From a bacterium (GTDB taxonomy: Bacteria > DUMJ01), in NCBI GenBank assembly GCA_049970495.1, contig JBMFMV010000001.1:45425-109424 (forward strand): a DNA stretch of 64,000 bases, in the 5' to 3' direction. The stretch's first letter is position 1; each line of letters begins with the position of its first letter. The position numbers and the translations under genes are program-made. The notes beneath the pieces are model-generated. The model saw only the letters and a list, made by a program, of their open reading frames with translations. It had not been told where the DNA came from and did no database searches. Positions 31,028 through 41,347 of this stretch are shown here, piece by piece.

Positions 31028-32665
31028 TCATTCACATCCTTCTATTGGAGGAATACTAGTTCTTAACTGGGAGCTTCTTAATCCTGCCTCTATAACTCCT
31101 ATAACTCGTCTTGCCTGTTCTGGTTTTACTATCAGCGCCTCTTTCATCAATAGATGGTCTAGTATGTTACGGTAGTATTCATTCCAGCGATTTTCTGCTT
31201 CAACCCTTAATAAACTATCCTGCCTTATACCAGAGGCATATGATACAAGTCTAATCTCGTTATTCCAATTAGCCTCAATTGCACCTTTTGTTCCTAGGAT
31301 ACGCCATTTAGGTCTTGTGATAGCTGATATATGTGAAAGTATAAAATCAGCAGTAACTCCATTTTCAAATCTAATAAATATCTCTCCATAATCTTCATTA
31401 GTTACCGAATGCCAGACTCTCTTCTGAAAATCCCCTGTTATCTGGGTAATCTTAGACGGGACTAGGTTTAATATCCAATCTATAAAGTGAGCTCCCCAAT
31501 CGTGTATTACACTACCACATATCTCTCTATCAGAACGCCAGGTAAATCCAGGATGTCTATAGTTTTCAAGCCCTGCCTCTATATGAAATATATCACCAAT
31601 TAATCCACGTGAAATGAGGTCCTTAATCATTAAGTAATCACTATCCCATCTACGATTATGGAATACACTAAGCATAACTCCCTTTTCTCTAGCCTTGTTA
31701 ATCATAGTATTAGCCTCTTCTACAGTAATAGACATAGGTTTCTCTACCACCACATTTTTACCTGCCTCCAAACACCTAATTACGAATTCCGCATGCATAT
31801 TGTGTGGAATTACAACAAATATTAATTCCAATTCTTCCATGGCTAGCATATCATTTATATTAGTAAAATAGCCTTTAAGGTTAGGATACTCTTTTTTTGC
31901 TAGTTCGACTCTCTCTAGATTACTATCACATACTGCTATGAGATTCAATCCCTGAATCTGAGATGTCTTCTCCGCATGGAACCTTCCCATTCCACCATAA
32001 CCAAGTATCCCACAGTTCACAGTCTCTTTAATCAAATCTTCTCCAGAGGTCCAAGCTATAGAACGTATTATTAGTTTTTGAAGTTCAGGATGACTTAATG
32101 CCTGTAATGAGTGCCCATTTGCTAGATAGGCTACTCGTCCCTTACCGTACTCTTTGGTATAAACCATAGGGATCTCTTTACCTTGCCATATTGTATAAGC
32201 TATTAGTTTTACCTTACTGGGATCATAGTTCTGAAGATGATACATTTCATCGTAGATGCTAAAATCAGGCATACGAATAGTTAAGTAGTGGTTTTTATCT
32301 TTTAGGAATATCTTAAATTCATGCTGAGGAGGGTGAGTCAAGAATTCTCCTCCAATCATATCTATATAGGCACGACTACCACGAAAACTGTCTGTTGCAG
32401 AATGGATCCCAACAAAACCTCCGCCATTACTTACAAATTCTAGAAGTCCCTTTTCTCTTTCAGGAGTTAGATCATTATAGAATCCAGTAGTATATACTAC
32501 TACAGCTGAGTAATCTTTGTTAGGAAGGTCAATAAATACATCGAGGTTATTAGTCATTTCTAATTCAAACCTTCCATCATCTTCTAATAGAGCCTTTAAC
32601 AGTTTTCCTGCAGATTCTGTTGGATGAAACTCTGGTCCACCATAAATATATAAGACCTTCTTCAT
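31028..32665 (-). CDS. ThuA-like domain fused to Gfo/Idh/MocA oxidoreductase
   Basis: N-terminal GGGFVGIHSA, GGEFLTHP, DEMY, YGKGRV..GH; C-terminal GYGGMG, VEKPM, HNRRWD, DWGAH. Confidence 0.88.
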   Translation of the reverse strand: MKKVLYIYGGPEFHPTESAGKLLKALLEDDGRFELEMTNNLDVFIDLPNKDYSAVVVYTTGFYNDLTPEREKGLLEFVSNGGGFVGIHSATDSFRGSRAYIDMIGGEFLTHPPQHEFKIFLKDKNHYLTIRMPDFSIYDEMYHLQNYDPSKVKLIAYTIWQGKEIPMVYTKEYGKGRVAYLANGHSLQALSHPELQKLIIRSIAWTSGEDLIKETVNCGILGYGGMGRFHAEKTSQIQGLNLIAVCDSNLERVELAKKEYPNLKGYFTNINDMLAMEELELIFVVIPHNMHAEFVIRCLEAGKNVVVEKPMSITVEEANTMINKAREKGVMLSVFHNRRWDSDYLMIKDLISRGLIGDIFHIEAGLENYRHPGFTWRSDREICGSVIHDWGAHFIDWILNLVPSKITQITGDFQKRVWHSVTNEDYGEIFIRFENGVTADFILSHISAITRPKWRILGTKGAIEANWNNEIRLVSYASGIRQDSLLRVEAENRWNEYYRNILDHLLMKEALIVKPEQARRVIGVIEAGLRSSQLRTSIPPIEGCE

Positions 32666-32785
32666 ACTCTTTTAGCCTCCTTTATATAAAGCTTTTACTT
32701 TTAGTAGAATTATACCACTGTTAAGAAAAATTTATACTATTCAGAAAAATCAACACTTATTGTTATTCCTAAGTTTCTTATAGTA

Positions 32786-33131
32786 CCTATATTCCGCAGG
32801 TATAGTATAATAAATTAAAATTTTCTCTTTTAAAAAGAATGGAGGAATAAAATTGAAAACTACTAAGGAAATCATAGAGGACATGAAGATAGCCACTACA
32901 AATCTGGACCATCTTGGTATAGTTGTAGGTATCTTTGACTAGATAGGTATTCAAGAAGTTATAGAAGAGAAGATACCTAAAAATAGACAGCATAAAGTCT
33001 CTCATTCTACTATAGTTAAGGCTATGGTCCTAAATGGTCTTGGTTATACAGAAAGAAGACTCTATCTTTTCCTACCAAACTCTTCACTGTGAAAAATATT
33101 ATAATTGAAAATGACACGTGCGGAATGTGGG
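32786..33131 (+). mobile_element. Internally deleted IS1634-family element (346 bp, non-autonomous)
   Basis: Imperfect 16-bp TIRs CCTATATTCCGCAGGT (32786-801) and ACGTGCGGAATGTGGG (33116-131), 13/16 match, enclosing transposase remnant. Confidence 0.75.
32853..33108 (+). pseudogene. IS1634-family transposase remnant (DUF4277-like N-terminus joined to last codons)
   Basis: GGAGG RBS, TTG start; NLDHLGIVVGIFD*IGIQEVIEEKIPK..HKVSHSTIVKAMVLNGLGYTERRLYLF with in-frame TAG at 32940; CEKYYN* in another frame at 33088-33108. Confidence 0.8.
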
Positions 33132-33150
33132 TTAGATTGGTAACTTCTTT

Positions 33151-33933
33151 ATTAAAGACCATCCAAATGCTATAGAGCTCCCACCTGTAGAAGGAAGTGT
33201 AGAATTTAGAGATGTATATTTCTCCTATGATGGTTCCGAGATGGTCCTAAAGGGGATAGATCTTAAGGTAGAACCTGGTCAAACAGTAGCTATTGTTGGT
33301 CGTACTGGTGCTGGAAAGACCTCACTTATAAACTTACTCTGCAGATTCTATGATCCGACTAGTGGTTCTATTCTAATAGATGGATATGATATAAAGAGTG
33401 TAACCCTCAGCTCTTTAAGGAGACAGATAGGGGTAGTCTTGCAAGAACCATTCCTATTCTCTGGAACAATAAGAGATAATATGAAATATGGAAAGGAGAC
33501 AGCTAAGGATGATGAAATCTGGAGTGCTCTGGATATAGTAGGAGCTGGTGAGTTTGTGAGGAGATTACCCGATAAGTTAGATACCATTATCGGAGAAAGA
33601 GGCATAACGCTCTCTATGGGTCAGAGACAACTTTTATCCTTCACAAGGGTAATACTAGCTGATCCTAGGATTATAGTCCTAGACGAAGCCACATCAAATA
33701 TAGATACAGATACGGAACAACAGATTCAATCTGCATTAAGAACATTACTTAAAGGAAGAACCGCCTTTATCATAGCCCATAGATTATCTACAATAAGAGA
33801 GGCAGACTTAATAATCGTTATTGAAGATGGAAAGATTGTAGAAAGAGGAACGCATAGCGAACTTTTAAAACTTGGTGGCATATACTATAGAATGAATGTA
33901 GCCCAGTTTGACCCTACACTAGTAATGGTTTAA
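33151..33933 (+). pseudogene. 5'-truncated ABC exporter (linker + NBD only; TM domain lost)
   Basis: In-frame IKDHPNAIELPPVEGSVEFRDVYFSYD precedes the ATG at 33241; GRTGAGKT, LSMGQRQ, LDEATS, IAHRLST; in-frame TAG at 33133 next to the IS end. Confidence 0.75.
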
Positions 33934-33939
33934 CTAGGG

Positions 33940-35679
33940 CTAATTCTTCCCTTCTAAGGCCTCTACTAAAGCCAATCTAAAATTGTAATAGTCTTTATTA
34001 TCTAAACTATAAAGGTCTTTTGGAGTCTTACTAGAAGCCGGATGAAACGCTTTTATGTCTTTCGTCTTGAGTACCTTGTCCCATAGAAGTTCCAATTCGT
34101 TCTCTCTACATGTCTCTTTAAACATCATCAACAATTCATAATCTTCTATCCCTCTTTTTAGATTCTTATATCTTAGGGTGAGTATAGGTCTTCCATCCTT
34201 ACCTGGATACACAAAGTTAGTATCTCCCGCTCTCCAATAGGGGAATCTATAAGAGATACGTTCTCTTGGATTCTCTGGCCATACCGTATAGTTCCATCTT
34301 AAGAAACCATCAAGGTTCATAAATGCTGTAAGTATCCCTATAAGTCTACTCTCTACCAGTGGCGAGCTTATAAAGGTATTTGGATAAGGCGGCCAGCAAC
34401 AGACATACCATAGTATACGTCCTTTTACTTTACTCTTCAATTCTTTCAGTATCTCCCACTTTTCACATACTCCGGGTAGTATAGGGACAAAATCGGAAAT
34501 TGTATCTTTAAATTCCTCTATAAATTCTGGATGATTTATTGCAGATTTAAACTTAAAACTAGGAGCTACTTCTTTTATGGTCTCTAAGCTTCTCCTATAC
34601 TTCTCTATATCTCCAGGCTCATCAGCAACTATTCTAACTTTATCTATGAGGTTCTTTTCCATAAAGAATTTCTCTATTGCCCTTATATAAGATTTGATCT
34701 CTTCTCCTCTTCTAATATATTTAAAAGCCCCATCTGTTCTGTCATAGTATCTTATCCTTATACCATCTGGATAGTCTTTCGCGATACCTATATAGCCATA
34801 ATCAGGATCAAGCCATATATTTATAAGTCCAAACACCTCTATCTCCTGACCTATTCCATATTTCATACAGAGATTTATATATCTTTCAACTGCAGAGAAG
34901 TCGTAGTGATATCCAGCCTCGTCCTTCTCAACTCTAATCATACTGTACTCAAAGAGATCGGAAGGATAATTCTTTACACGATAGCACCTCTGTCCCGACC
35001 AAGGAATTTCAGAGGCTATGACAGTTATTGCTTTTTGCCCTAAATCTGCCAAAGACTTTACATAGCCTTCTAGAATCTTAAAGTGCTCGTCACTCCATAG
35101 GTGAACCTCATGCTTTCGTGCTATATTAGATGGATGCTGCCATAGGTCCAAATAAAACTTAAAATCTCTAGGTTCAGGAAGCTCTACATCTCTTACCGAG
35201 ATTTTAAAATCAAAGGTCTTTACTAGCTCCTCATCTTCAAACATACATTGGGTATATATCTTCACCTTGCCAGTATATGTTCTAGGTAAAACGTCTCTAG
35301 GGATTTGTATCTCAATCCATACAGGCTGTATCTTTTCTTTTTCTACAAAGATTACCTCATCATGAAGTAATAGGTCTGCCTTATAAATCCTATCATCATC
35401 TTCTATAAAACCAACAGGAAAGGTCTTTACAGGTAAATCCTCAATACTACACTCTATTCTGATATTTCTTACTGGACCTCTAGGAGAAAAATTCGGCCTT
35501 TTACCAACATTTAGATAGAAGTCTTCATTTGATTTTAAAAGCAATTGTAAGACTGCCCAATCTCCCCTACACGTTATTAAATCATCAAAGATGCTTTCAA
35601 AGATAATGTCCTCACCATAGGAATCTATACCATAAGTAGCCTTATAACTCTCATCTACAAGAGTAGCCTTTAATTTCAT
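33940..35679 (-). CDS. DUF4091-domain protein (putative glycoside hydrolase, GH123-like)
   Basis: LDLWQHP, ADEP, WYVCC, GFLRWNY, AGDTNFVYP, RGIEDYE. Confidence 0.75.
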   Translation of the reverse strand: MKLKATLVDESYKATYGIDSYGEDIIFESIFDDLITCRGDWAVLQLLLKSNEDFYLNVGKRPNFSPRGPVRNIRIECSIEDLPVKTFPVGFIEDDDRIYKADLLLHDEVIFVEKEKIQPVWIEIQIPRDVLPRTYTGKVKIYTQCMFEDEELVKTFDFKISVRDVELPEPRDFKFYLDLWQHPSNIARKHEVHLWSDEHFKILEGYVKSLADLGQKAITVIASEIPWSGQRCYRVKNYPSDLFEYSMIRVEKDEAGYHYDFSAVERYINLCMKYGIGQEIEVFGLINIWLDPDYGYIGIAKDYPDGIRIRYYDRTDGAFKYIRRGEEIKSYIRAIEKFFMEKNLIDKVRIVADEPGDIEKYRRSLETIKEVAPSFKFKSAINHPEFIEEFKDTISDFVPILPGVCEKWEILKELKSKVKGRILWYVCCWPPYPNTFISSPLVESRLIGILTAFMNLDGFLRWNYTVWPENPRERISYRFPYWRAGDTNFVYPGKDGRPILTLRYKNLKRGIEDYELLMMFKETCRENELELLWDKVLKTKDIKAFHPASSKTPKDLYSLDNKDYYNFRLALVEALEGKN

Positions 35680-35795
35680 TCTCTTTTTTCCTCCTTATTA
35701 TAGCACTTATCTTCTTTCCAATTATACCTTAATTCTTTAAGTTATGGTATAATTTTAAAAACCCTAAAATAGATTAGTTGAGGGAGGGTTATCAT

Positions 35796-36362
35796 ATGGA
35801 TGTAACTGTAAAGTATTTTGAGACAAAGGGACAGGTAAATACAGATGAGACATTAAAGGTTGCCAAAGAGAGGGCTAAAGCCTTAGGGATAAAACAGGTT
35901 GTAGTAGCCTCTACTTACGGTGAAACAGGTAGGAAAGCTGTAGAAGTTTTTAAAGATACAGACATAAACCTTGTTATAGTTACTATATCTTACGGATTTA
36001 CCAAGGAAGGTTGGATTATGCCTGACAGTGTAAGAAAAGAGTTAGAGTCAAAGGGGGCAAAAGTCCTTACCTGTATACATGCCTTAGGGGATGATGTAAG
36101 TTCTGCCTTTAGCGGAAAATTTGGTGGACATAATCCTAATGAAATTATAGCTGAAGTCCTAAGGAGATTCTCTCAAGGGATGAAGGTTGCAGTAGAAATC
36201 ACTATTATGGCAGTAGAAGCTGGATTGATAGATGTAAACCAAGAGACAATAGCTATAGCTGGTACTGACAGGGGTGCTGATACAGCAATAGTAGTAAAAC
36301 CATCTTATGCAAGAGATTTTCTCTCTTTTGAGATAAGAGAGATATTAGCAAAGCCAAGATAG
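35796..36362 (+). CDS. Pyruvate kinase C-terminal-like alpha/beta domain protein (COG1751-like)
   Basis: YFETKGQVNT, VVASTYGET, SQGMKVAVE, AIAGTDRGADTA. Confidence 0.82.
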   Translation: MDVTVKYFETKGQVNTDETLKVAKERAKALGIKQVVVASTYGETGRKAVEVFKDTDINLVIVTISYGFTKEGWIMPDSVRKELESKGAKVLTCIHALGDDVSSAFSGKFGGHNPNEIIAEVLRRFSQGMKVAVEITIMAVEAGLIDVNQETIAIAGTDRGADTAIVVKPSYARDFLSFEIREILAKPR

Positions 36363-36373
36363 GAGGATTTTAA

Positions 36374-37513
36374 ATGGAGAAAGTAAATTTTGCATTTATT
36401 GGCTGCGGGAGTATAGCAAACGCTCACTTAAAGGGGCTTAAATTATTGTGGGAAAATAACATAAGGACATTTGAGGTTTTAGCAGTATGTGATATTGATA
36501 TAGAACGTGCTCAGAGGATGGCTGAAGGTGTAAGCTCGTTCCAAAGCTATAAGCCAAGAGTCTACACTGAGGTGGATGAGATGCTAGAGAAAGAATCTGA
36601 GCTCCAGGCAGTAGATATATGCACAACTCATAAGGAGCACCATACTGTGGCTATTAAGTGCCTCTCTGCTAAGAAACACGTCACCATAGAAAAGCCACTA
36701 GCCCTTACTATAAGGTATGGGCGCATGATCTTAGAATCTGCAGAGAAGAATAAATGTATCCTTCAAGTAGCTGAGAATTATAGAAGAGCATTATCGGAAA
36801 GGACGATAAATTGGGCTATAAATTCCGGTAGAATTGGAATACCAAAGATGTTATTTTGGCTTGATATCTTTAATAGACCGTGGTATTGGGGGTGGAGAGA
36901 CCATAAAGATATAGCTGGTGGTGGATGGACACTAGATGGTGGGGTTCATTTTGCAGACCTATTCAGATACCACATAGGAGAAGTGGAAGAGTTATACGCT
37001 ATTGCAAAAACATATAACCCTATACGTTATAAGGATGGGGAGAACCTCACTGATCCTGTAGTGATAGATGTAGAAGATACAACGATGACTATCTTGTCCT
37101 TTAAAAATGGTGTAACTGGTACTTGGGTTCTTACAAATTCCGCCCCTGGAAAAGAAGAAAGGCTCAGAGCTATCTATGGAGATAAAGGCTCTATAGTGTG
37201 GGGAGAAGGGTTATATGTAGGGGACAGATATATACCCTTAGAAGAATTAGAGAGGGAATATTGGAATAATCTATCGGGAGATGAGAAAGAAAGATTATTC
37301 CCTGCAGGTATCAAAGATACAATAGCTATAGAGCTAAAAGAATTCTTTGATGCAATATTAGGAAAGGGGGAGATAGAGACTGCTGGAATAGTTGGCTTAA
37401 AGGATGAAGCTATAAGTATGGCGGTATATGAGTCAAGCTGGATAAACGCTCCTGTGAAAATAGAAGACATAGAGGAGTGTAGAATAGAGAATTATCAAAA
37501 GACACTAATGTAA
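36374..37513 (+). CDS. Gfo/Idh/MocA family oxidoreductase
   Basis: [25 protein letters not shown]. Confidence 0.9.
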   Translation: MEKVNFAFIGCGSIANAHLKGLKLLWENNIRTFEVLAVCDIDIERAQRMAEGVSSFQSYKPRVYTEVDEMLEKESELQAVDICTTHKEHHTVAIKCLSAKKHVTIEKPLALTIRYGRMILESAEKNKCILQVAENYRRALSERTINWAINSGRIGIPKMLFWLDIFNRPWYWGWRDHKDIAGGGWTLDGGVHFADLFRYHIGEVEELYAIAKTYNPIRYKDGENLTDPVVIDVEDTTMTILSFKNGVTGTWVLTNSAPGKEERLRAIYGDKGSIVWGEGLYVGDRYIPLEELEREYWNNLSGDEKERLFPAGIKDTIAIELKEFFDAILGKGEIETAGIVGLKDEAISMAVYESSWINAPVKIEDIEECRIENYQKTLM

Positions 37514-37526
37514 GGAGGCAATAAGT

Positions 37527-37685
37527 ATGGGAAAGTGGCAGTGCACCATATGTGGGTATATTTATGACCCCCAAAAAGGTGATCCAGAAAACGGAATTTC
37601 AGCTGGTACCCCTTTTGAAGAACTACCTGAAGATTGGGTTTGTCCTGAGTGTGGAGCACCTAAAGAGGACTTTGAGGAAATTTAG
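37527..37685 (+). CDS. Rubredoxin (52 aa; missed by ORF track)
   Basis: [62 protein letters not shown] with two CxxCG. Confidence 0.97.
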   Translation: MGKWQCTICGYIYDPQKGDPENGISAGTPFEELPEDWVCPECGAPKEDFEEI

Positions 37686-37692
37686 AAATTAG

Positions 37693-37718
37693 CTGGGAGG
37701 CCAAAGCCTCCCAGTTTT
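37693..37718. terminator. Rho-independent terminator
   Basis: CTGGGAGGC-CAAA-GCCTCCCAG followed by TTTT. Confidence 0.85.
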
Positions 37719-38390
37719 CTATAGCTCTCTAGCTAGAGTTATAACCCTCACTTCTTTTATACCTCTTTCTAATAAAATTTTACTAGCCTCATTTGTTGTT
37801 GCCCCTGTAGTATATACATCATCTATTAGAAGAACTTTTTTATCCTTTAGACTATTATCTTTCAATAGAAACGCTCTGCTAATATTATTTAATCTCTCTT
37901 CAATGTTTAGGTCAATAGAAGGCTTAGTCTCTTTTATTCTTATAAGAGATAAAGACATCGGAACATTAAGAATCTTACTTACTTCTAGTGCTAATACCTC
38001 AGCTTGATTGAATCCTCTAGTCCTCAGCCTTTCCTTTGATAGAGGGATCGGGACAATAAAATCTACATCCCATGCTAATTCCAATACAAATTTCCCAAGT
38101 ATCTTACCTAAAAATACCCCTAGATCTTTTCTCTTTTCAAATTTAAACCTTATTATGGCAGTCCTCATAACTCCATCGTATAGTGCATATGACCTTGCCT
38201 TAGAAAAATAAGGAGGAAAAGTCTTACATCTGTAACATATCATTTCTACCTCTAATGGGCTACCACAGATCCTGCACATAGGACCCTTGATGGGAGAAAT
38301 CTTAGAGAGACAATCATCACATATGGGGTCCTTACTTATCCTTTTACACACAAAACATCTCGATGGAAAGAGTAACTCTTTAAGAAACAT
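37719..38390 (-). CDS. comF: ComF family protein (double zinc ribbon + PRTase)
   Basis: LFPSRCFVC..CDDC..CRIC..CYRC, RGFNQA, LIDDVYTTGAT; start uncertain. Confidence 0.9.
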   Translation of the reverse strand: MFLKELLFPSRCFVCKRISKDPICDDCLSKISPIKGPMCRICGSPLEVEMICYRCKTFPPYFSKARSYALYDGVMRTAIIRFKFEKRKDLGVFLGKILGKFVLELAWDVDFIVPIPLSKERLRTRGFNQAEVLALEVSKILNVPMSLSLIRIKETKPSIDLNIEERLNNISRAFLLKDNSLKDKKVLLIDDVYTTGATTNEASKILLERGIKEVRVITLAREL

Positions 38391-39135
38391 ACCTCGGAAA
38401 ACACAACCTTGTATTTTCAACAGTAACCTTAGATAGTTCTTCTAAGTCTACTCCTTTTATCTCTGCTATCTTCTTTGCTATGTATATCAGATAGGCAGGT
38501 TCATTCCTCCTTCCTCTATGAGGTTCTGGTGCAAGATAAGGGGCATCGGTCTCTAAGAGAATCCTATCAAGCGGACACCTTTTTACAACCTCTACAAGTT
38601 CCCTAGCATTACGAAATGTTACAGGACCATCAAAGCCAATAAAAAATCCAAAAGAGAGTGCCTCCTCTAAAAAGTAAAGTCCACCAGAATAGCAGTGAAG
38701 AACACCTCTTACATTATACCTCTTCAGTATATTGAATGCCTCTTTATATCCCTCTCTTATATGGAGGCTTACAGGTAAAGCCAAATCTTGAGCCAATGAG
38801 AGCTGTCTTTCAAAACTCTCCAGCTGAATATTTTTGGGAGACAAATGTTTATAGTAATCTAGCCCTATCTCTCCTATACCTAAGAGCTTTTTATTATCCT
38901 TTATACTACAGACCCAGTCAAGAAACTCTTCTGTACACTCACCAGCTGAATGGGGGTGTATACCAACAACTGCATAGACATCTCTATGCTGAGAAGATAG
39001 AGAAAGGGAAAACTTACTAGACTCAAAATCATAACCAACATTAATAAAACTCTTAACTCCTACCCCCCTAGCCCTATTTAAAATCTCTTCTATACTGTCA
39101 AATTCATCTAAGTGAACGTGTGTATCTATAAACAA
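38380..39135 (-). CDS. tatD: TatD family hydrolase
   Basis: DTHVHL, GIHPH, GEIGLDY, LHCYSG, LETDAPYL. Confidence 0.95.
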   Translation of the reverse strand: MFIDTHVHLDEFDSIEEILNRARGVGVKSFINVGYDFESSKFSLSLSSQHRDVYAVVGIHPHSAGECTEEFLDWVCSIKDNKKLLGIGEIGLDYYKHLSPKNIQLESFERQLSLAQDLALPVSLHIREGYKEAFNILKRYNVRGVLHCYSGGLYFLEEALSFGFFIGFDGPVTFRNARELVEVVKRCPLDRILLETDAPYLAPEPHRGRRNEPAYLIYIAKKIAEIKGVDLEELSKVTVENTRLCFPRYVS

Positions 39136-39140
39136 GAATC

Positions 39141-39467
39141 TTACTTTACTTTAGCCCCTGGGGGCATCTCCTTATCTGGAGATAGGATGGATATGACGCC
39201 ATCGCTAGAGGCAGCAAGTATCATGCCGTTAGAAGTAATACCTCTTATAACTGCAGGCTTCAAGTTGGCAACAATAACTACCTCTTTTCCTATAAGGTCT
39301 TCTGGCTTATAAACTTCTGCTATACCAGCTACTAACTGCCTATACTCGGTACCTATATCTACAGTAAGTTGTAGAAGTTTTCTAGCTCCTTCAACATTTT
39401 TGGCATCTATAACTTTTCCTATCCTTAGGTCTATCCTTTGAAATTCTTCAATAGTTATCTCTTCCAT
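39141..39467 (-). CDS. Methionine--tRNA ligase C-terminal / Trbp111-like tRNA-binding OB-fold protein (stand-alone)
   Basis: ITIEEFQRIDLRIG, RQLVAGI, VANLKP, SNGMILAA. Confidence 0.9.
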   Translation of the reverse strand: MEEITIEEFQRIDLRIGKVIDAKNVEGARKLLQLTVDIGTEYRQLVAGIAEVYKPEDLIGKEVVIVANLKPAVIRGITSNGMILAASSDGVISILSPDKEMPPGAKVK

Positions 39468-39469
39468 GG

Positions 39470-41014
39470 TTACACCTCTATCCTAGGAAATAATGGTTTT
39501 ACTTCTGGCATCTTCCAATCTGCTCTTAGTTTTCCCCAACCATCTAATGCGTCTTTTCTAAGGGAGGAATCCAGGTCTAATCCAAGAGAGTTAATAAAAT
39601 ATTCTGATACCTTGGGCATAAATGGGGAAATTAATATTGCGATATTTCTTATAGACTCAAAGACATTAAACATGACATTATCAAACTCATTTTTCTTTTT
39701 GTCTCTAGCCAAACTCCAAGGGGCTTTCTGGTCCAAGTACTTATTTACAGCCCCTATAAATTCCCAGATATCTGACAGGACTTCTACATATTCAAAGTTT
39801 GACATCATCTCATCCAGATTCTTAATTATGGAATCCTTTAAAGTGGATAATTCTTTCTCTACCTCTCCATTGTTAGGCACTATACCATCTCCGTATCTAT
39901 TTATAATGCCCACACTTCTAAAGAATAGATTACCCAAATCATTAGCTAGATCAGAGTTTATTCTATGAATGAAACTCTCATCTGAGTACTCTCCATCTAG
40001 ACCTAATGGAACTTCTCTCATCAAGAAATATCTTACTGCATCTACAGCTATATCCCATTCAAACCCCTTATCAACCAAACTATTTGCCATCTGTACTGGG
40101 TCTATTATATTCCCTTTACTCTTTGACATCTTTTCTTTCTTTACTGTCCAAAAGCCGTGGGCAAATACCTTTCTAGGGACATCTACCCCTAAAGCCAGAA
40201 GTATGCAGGGCCATATTCCTGCATGGAACCAGAGTATATCTTTTCCTACTAGATGGACTGCAGGCCAGAAGGTCTCAAATTTTTCTCTATTATCTGGATA
40301 ACCTACAACGGTTAAATAATTTATCAACGCATCAACCCATACATATATAGAATAATCTTTGTCAAATGGTATAGGTATACCCCAAGTGAGTCCTTTTCTT
40401 GATATACAGAGATCTCTCATTCCCTCCTTTACCCTGTTTAGGAGTTCCTGTCTCCTAGTTGGCGGTTGGACAAAGTCCGGATTGTTTTCTATATGCTCTA
40501 AGAGTTTATCCTGATATTTTGACATCCTAAAGAAGTAGTCATCCTCTTTATTCCATATCACAGGTCTTCCACAGTTTGGACAATTTCCACTTACAAGCTC
40601 ATCTGCCTGATAGAAAGTCTCACAGGGGACACAGTACCAACCTTCATATATGCCCTTATAGATATCTCCCTGCTCATATAACTTACTTATAATGTACTGA
40701 ACAACCTTCTCATGCCTTGGCTCTGTAGTCCTTATAAACTCATCATACGATATATGGAGCTTTTCCCAAGTATCCTTAAATACCTGAGAGTATATATCCA
40801 CGTGCTCCTTTGGATCCCTATTCTGAGCCCTAGCAGATTCCAACACTTTCTGGCCATGTTCGTCTGTACCAGTAGAGAATAAAACCCTATATCCCCACAT
40901 CCTTTTGAATCTTGAAATAACATCTGCGGTAATAGTAGTATAGGCATGCCCTATATGTGGGGATGCATTTACATAATAGATCGGTGTAGTTACATAAAAG
41001 GTTCCTTCTTTCAT
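39470..41014 (-). CDS. metG: Methionine--tRNA ligase, catalytic subunit
   Basis: TTPIYY, HIGH, GTDEHG, CxxC..CxxC knuckle, KMSKS, ends PLFPRIEV. Confidence 0.96.
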   Translation of the reverse strand: MKEGTFYVTTPIYYVNASPHIGHAYTTITADVISRFKRMWGYRVLFSTGTDEHGQKVLESARAQNRDPKEHVDIYSQVFKDTWEKLHISYDEFIRTTEPRHEKVVQYIISKLYEQGDIYKGIYEGWYCVPCETFYQADELVSGNCPNCGRPVIWNKEDDYFFRMSKYQDKLLEHIENNPDFVQPPTRRQELLNRVKEGMRDLCISRKGLTWGIPIPFDKDYSIYVWVDALINYLTVVGYPDNREKFETFWPAVHLVGKDILWFHAGIWPCILLALGVDVPRKVFAHGFWTVKKEKMSKSKGNIIDPVQMANSLVDKGFEWDIAVDAVRYFLMREVPLGLDGEYSDESFIHRINSDLANDLGNLFFRSVGIINRYGDGIVPNNGEVEKELSTLKDSIIKNLDEMMSNFEYVEVLSDIWEFIGAVNKYLDQKAPWSLARDKKKNEFDNVMFNVFESIRNIAILISPFMPKVSEYFINSLGLDLDSSLRKDALDGWGKLRADWKMPEVKPLFPRIEV

Positions 41015-41017
41015 AGA

Positions 41018-41251
41018 CTAATTTACCTCTCTATCTTCAAGTTCAGAGGTGAGATATAATTCTACCTCCATAAATTCTTCATCTGTTAATTCCCTAAGCA
41101 TTCCTCCATCTATCCTCATTATAAATGCATTTACCGTTTCTCCTTGCGGAGCTAATATTATATACTCTTTATCCTTTATACTAAAGATATCTACCACTTG
41201 GAAATTGTTATAATTACCAAATTCATCCATTACCTTAATCAAATCCTCCAT
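41018..41251 (-). CDS. DUF1292-like small acidic protein
   Basis: DEFG..F.VVD....DKEYIILAP...LTDEEF pattern; AGGAGG RBS. Confidence 0.7.
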   Translation of the reverse strand: MEDLIKVMDEFGNYNNFQVVDIFSIKDKEYIILAPQGETVNAFIMRIDGGMLRELTDEEFMEVELYLTSELEDREVN

Positions 41252-41347
41252 TGTACCCTCCTTACTAGATGGAGTTAGATACTCTTAGTTTTGTTTTGTA
41301 TATTATATCATTTTAATACAAAAAGAGTCTATAAAATGTTTGGAGTA

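Noticed and set aside
32787..33005. 72-aa minus-strand ORF in the track
   Set aside because: Antisense shadow of the transposase remnant
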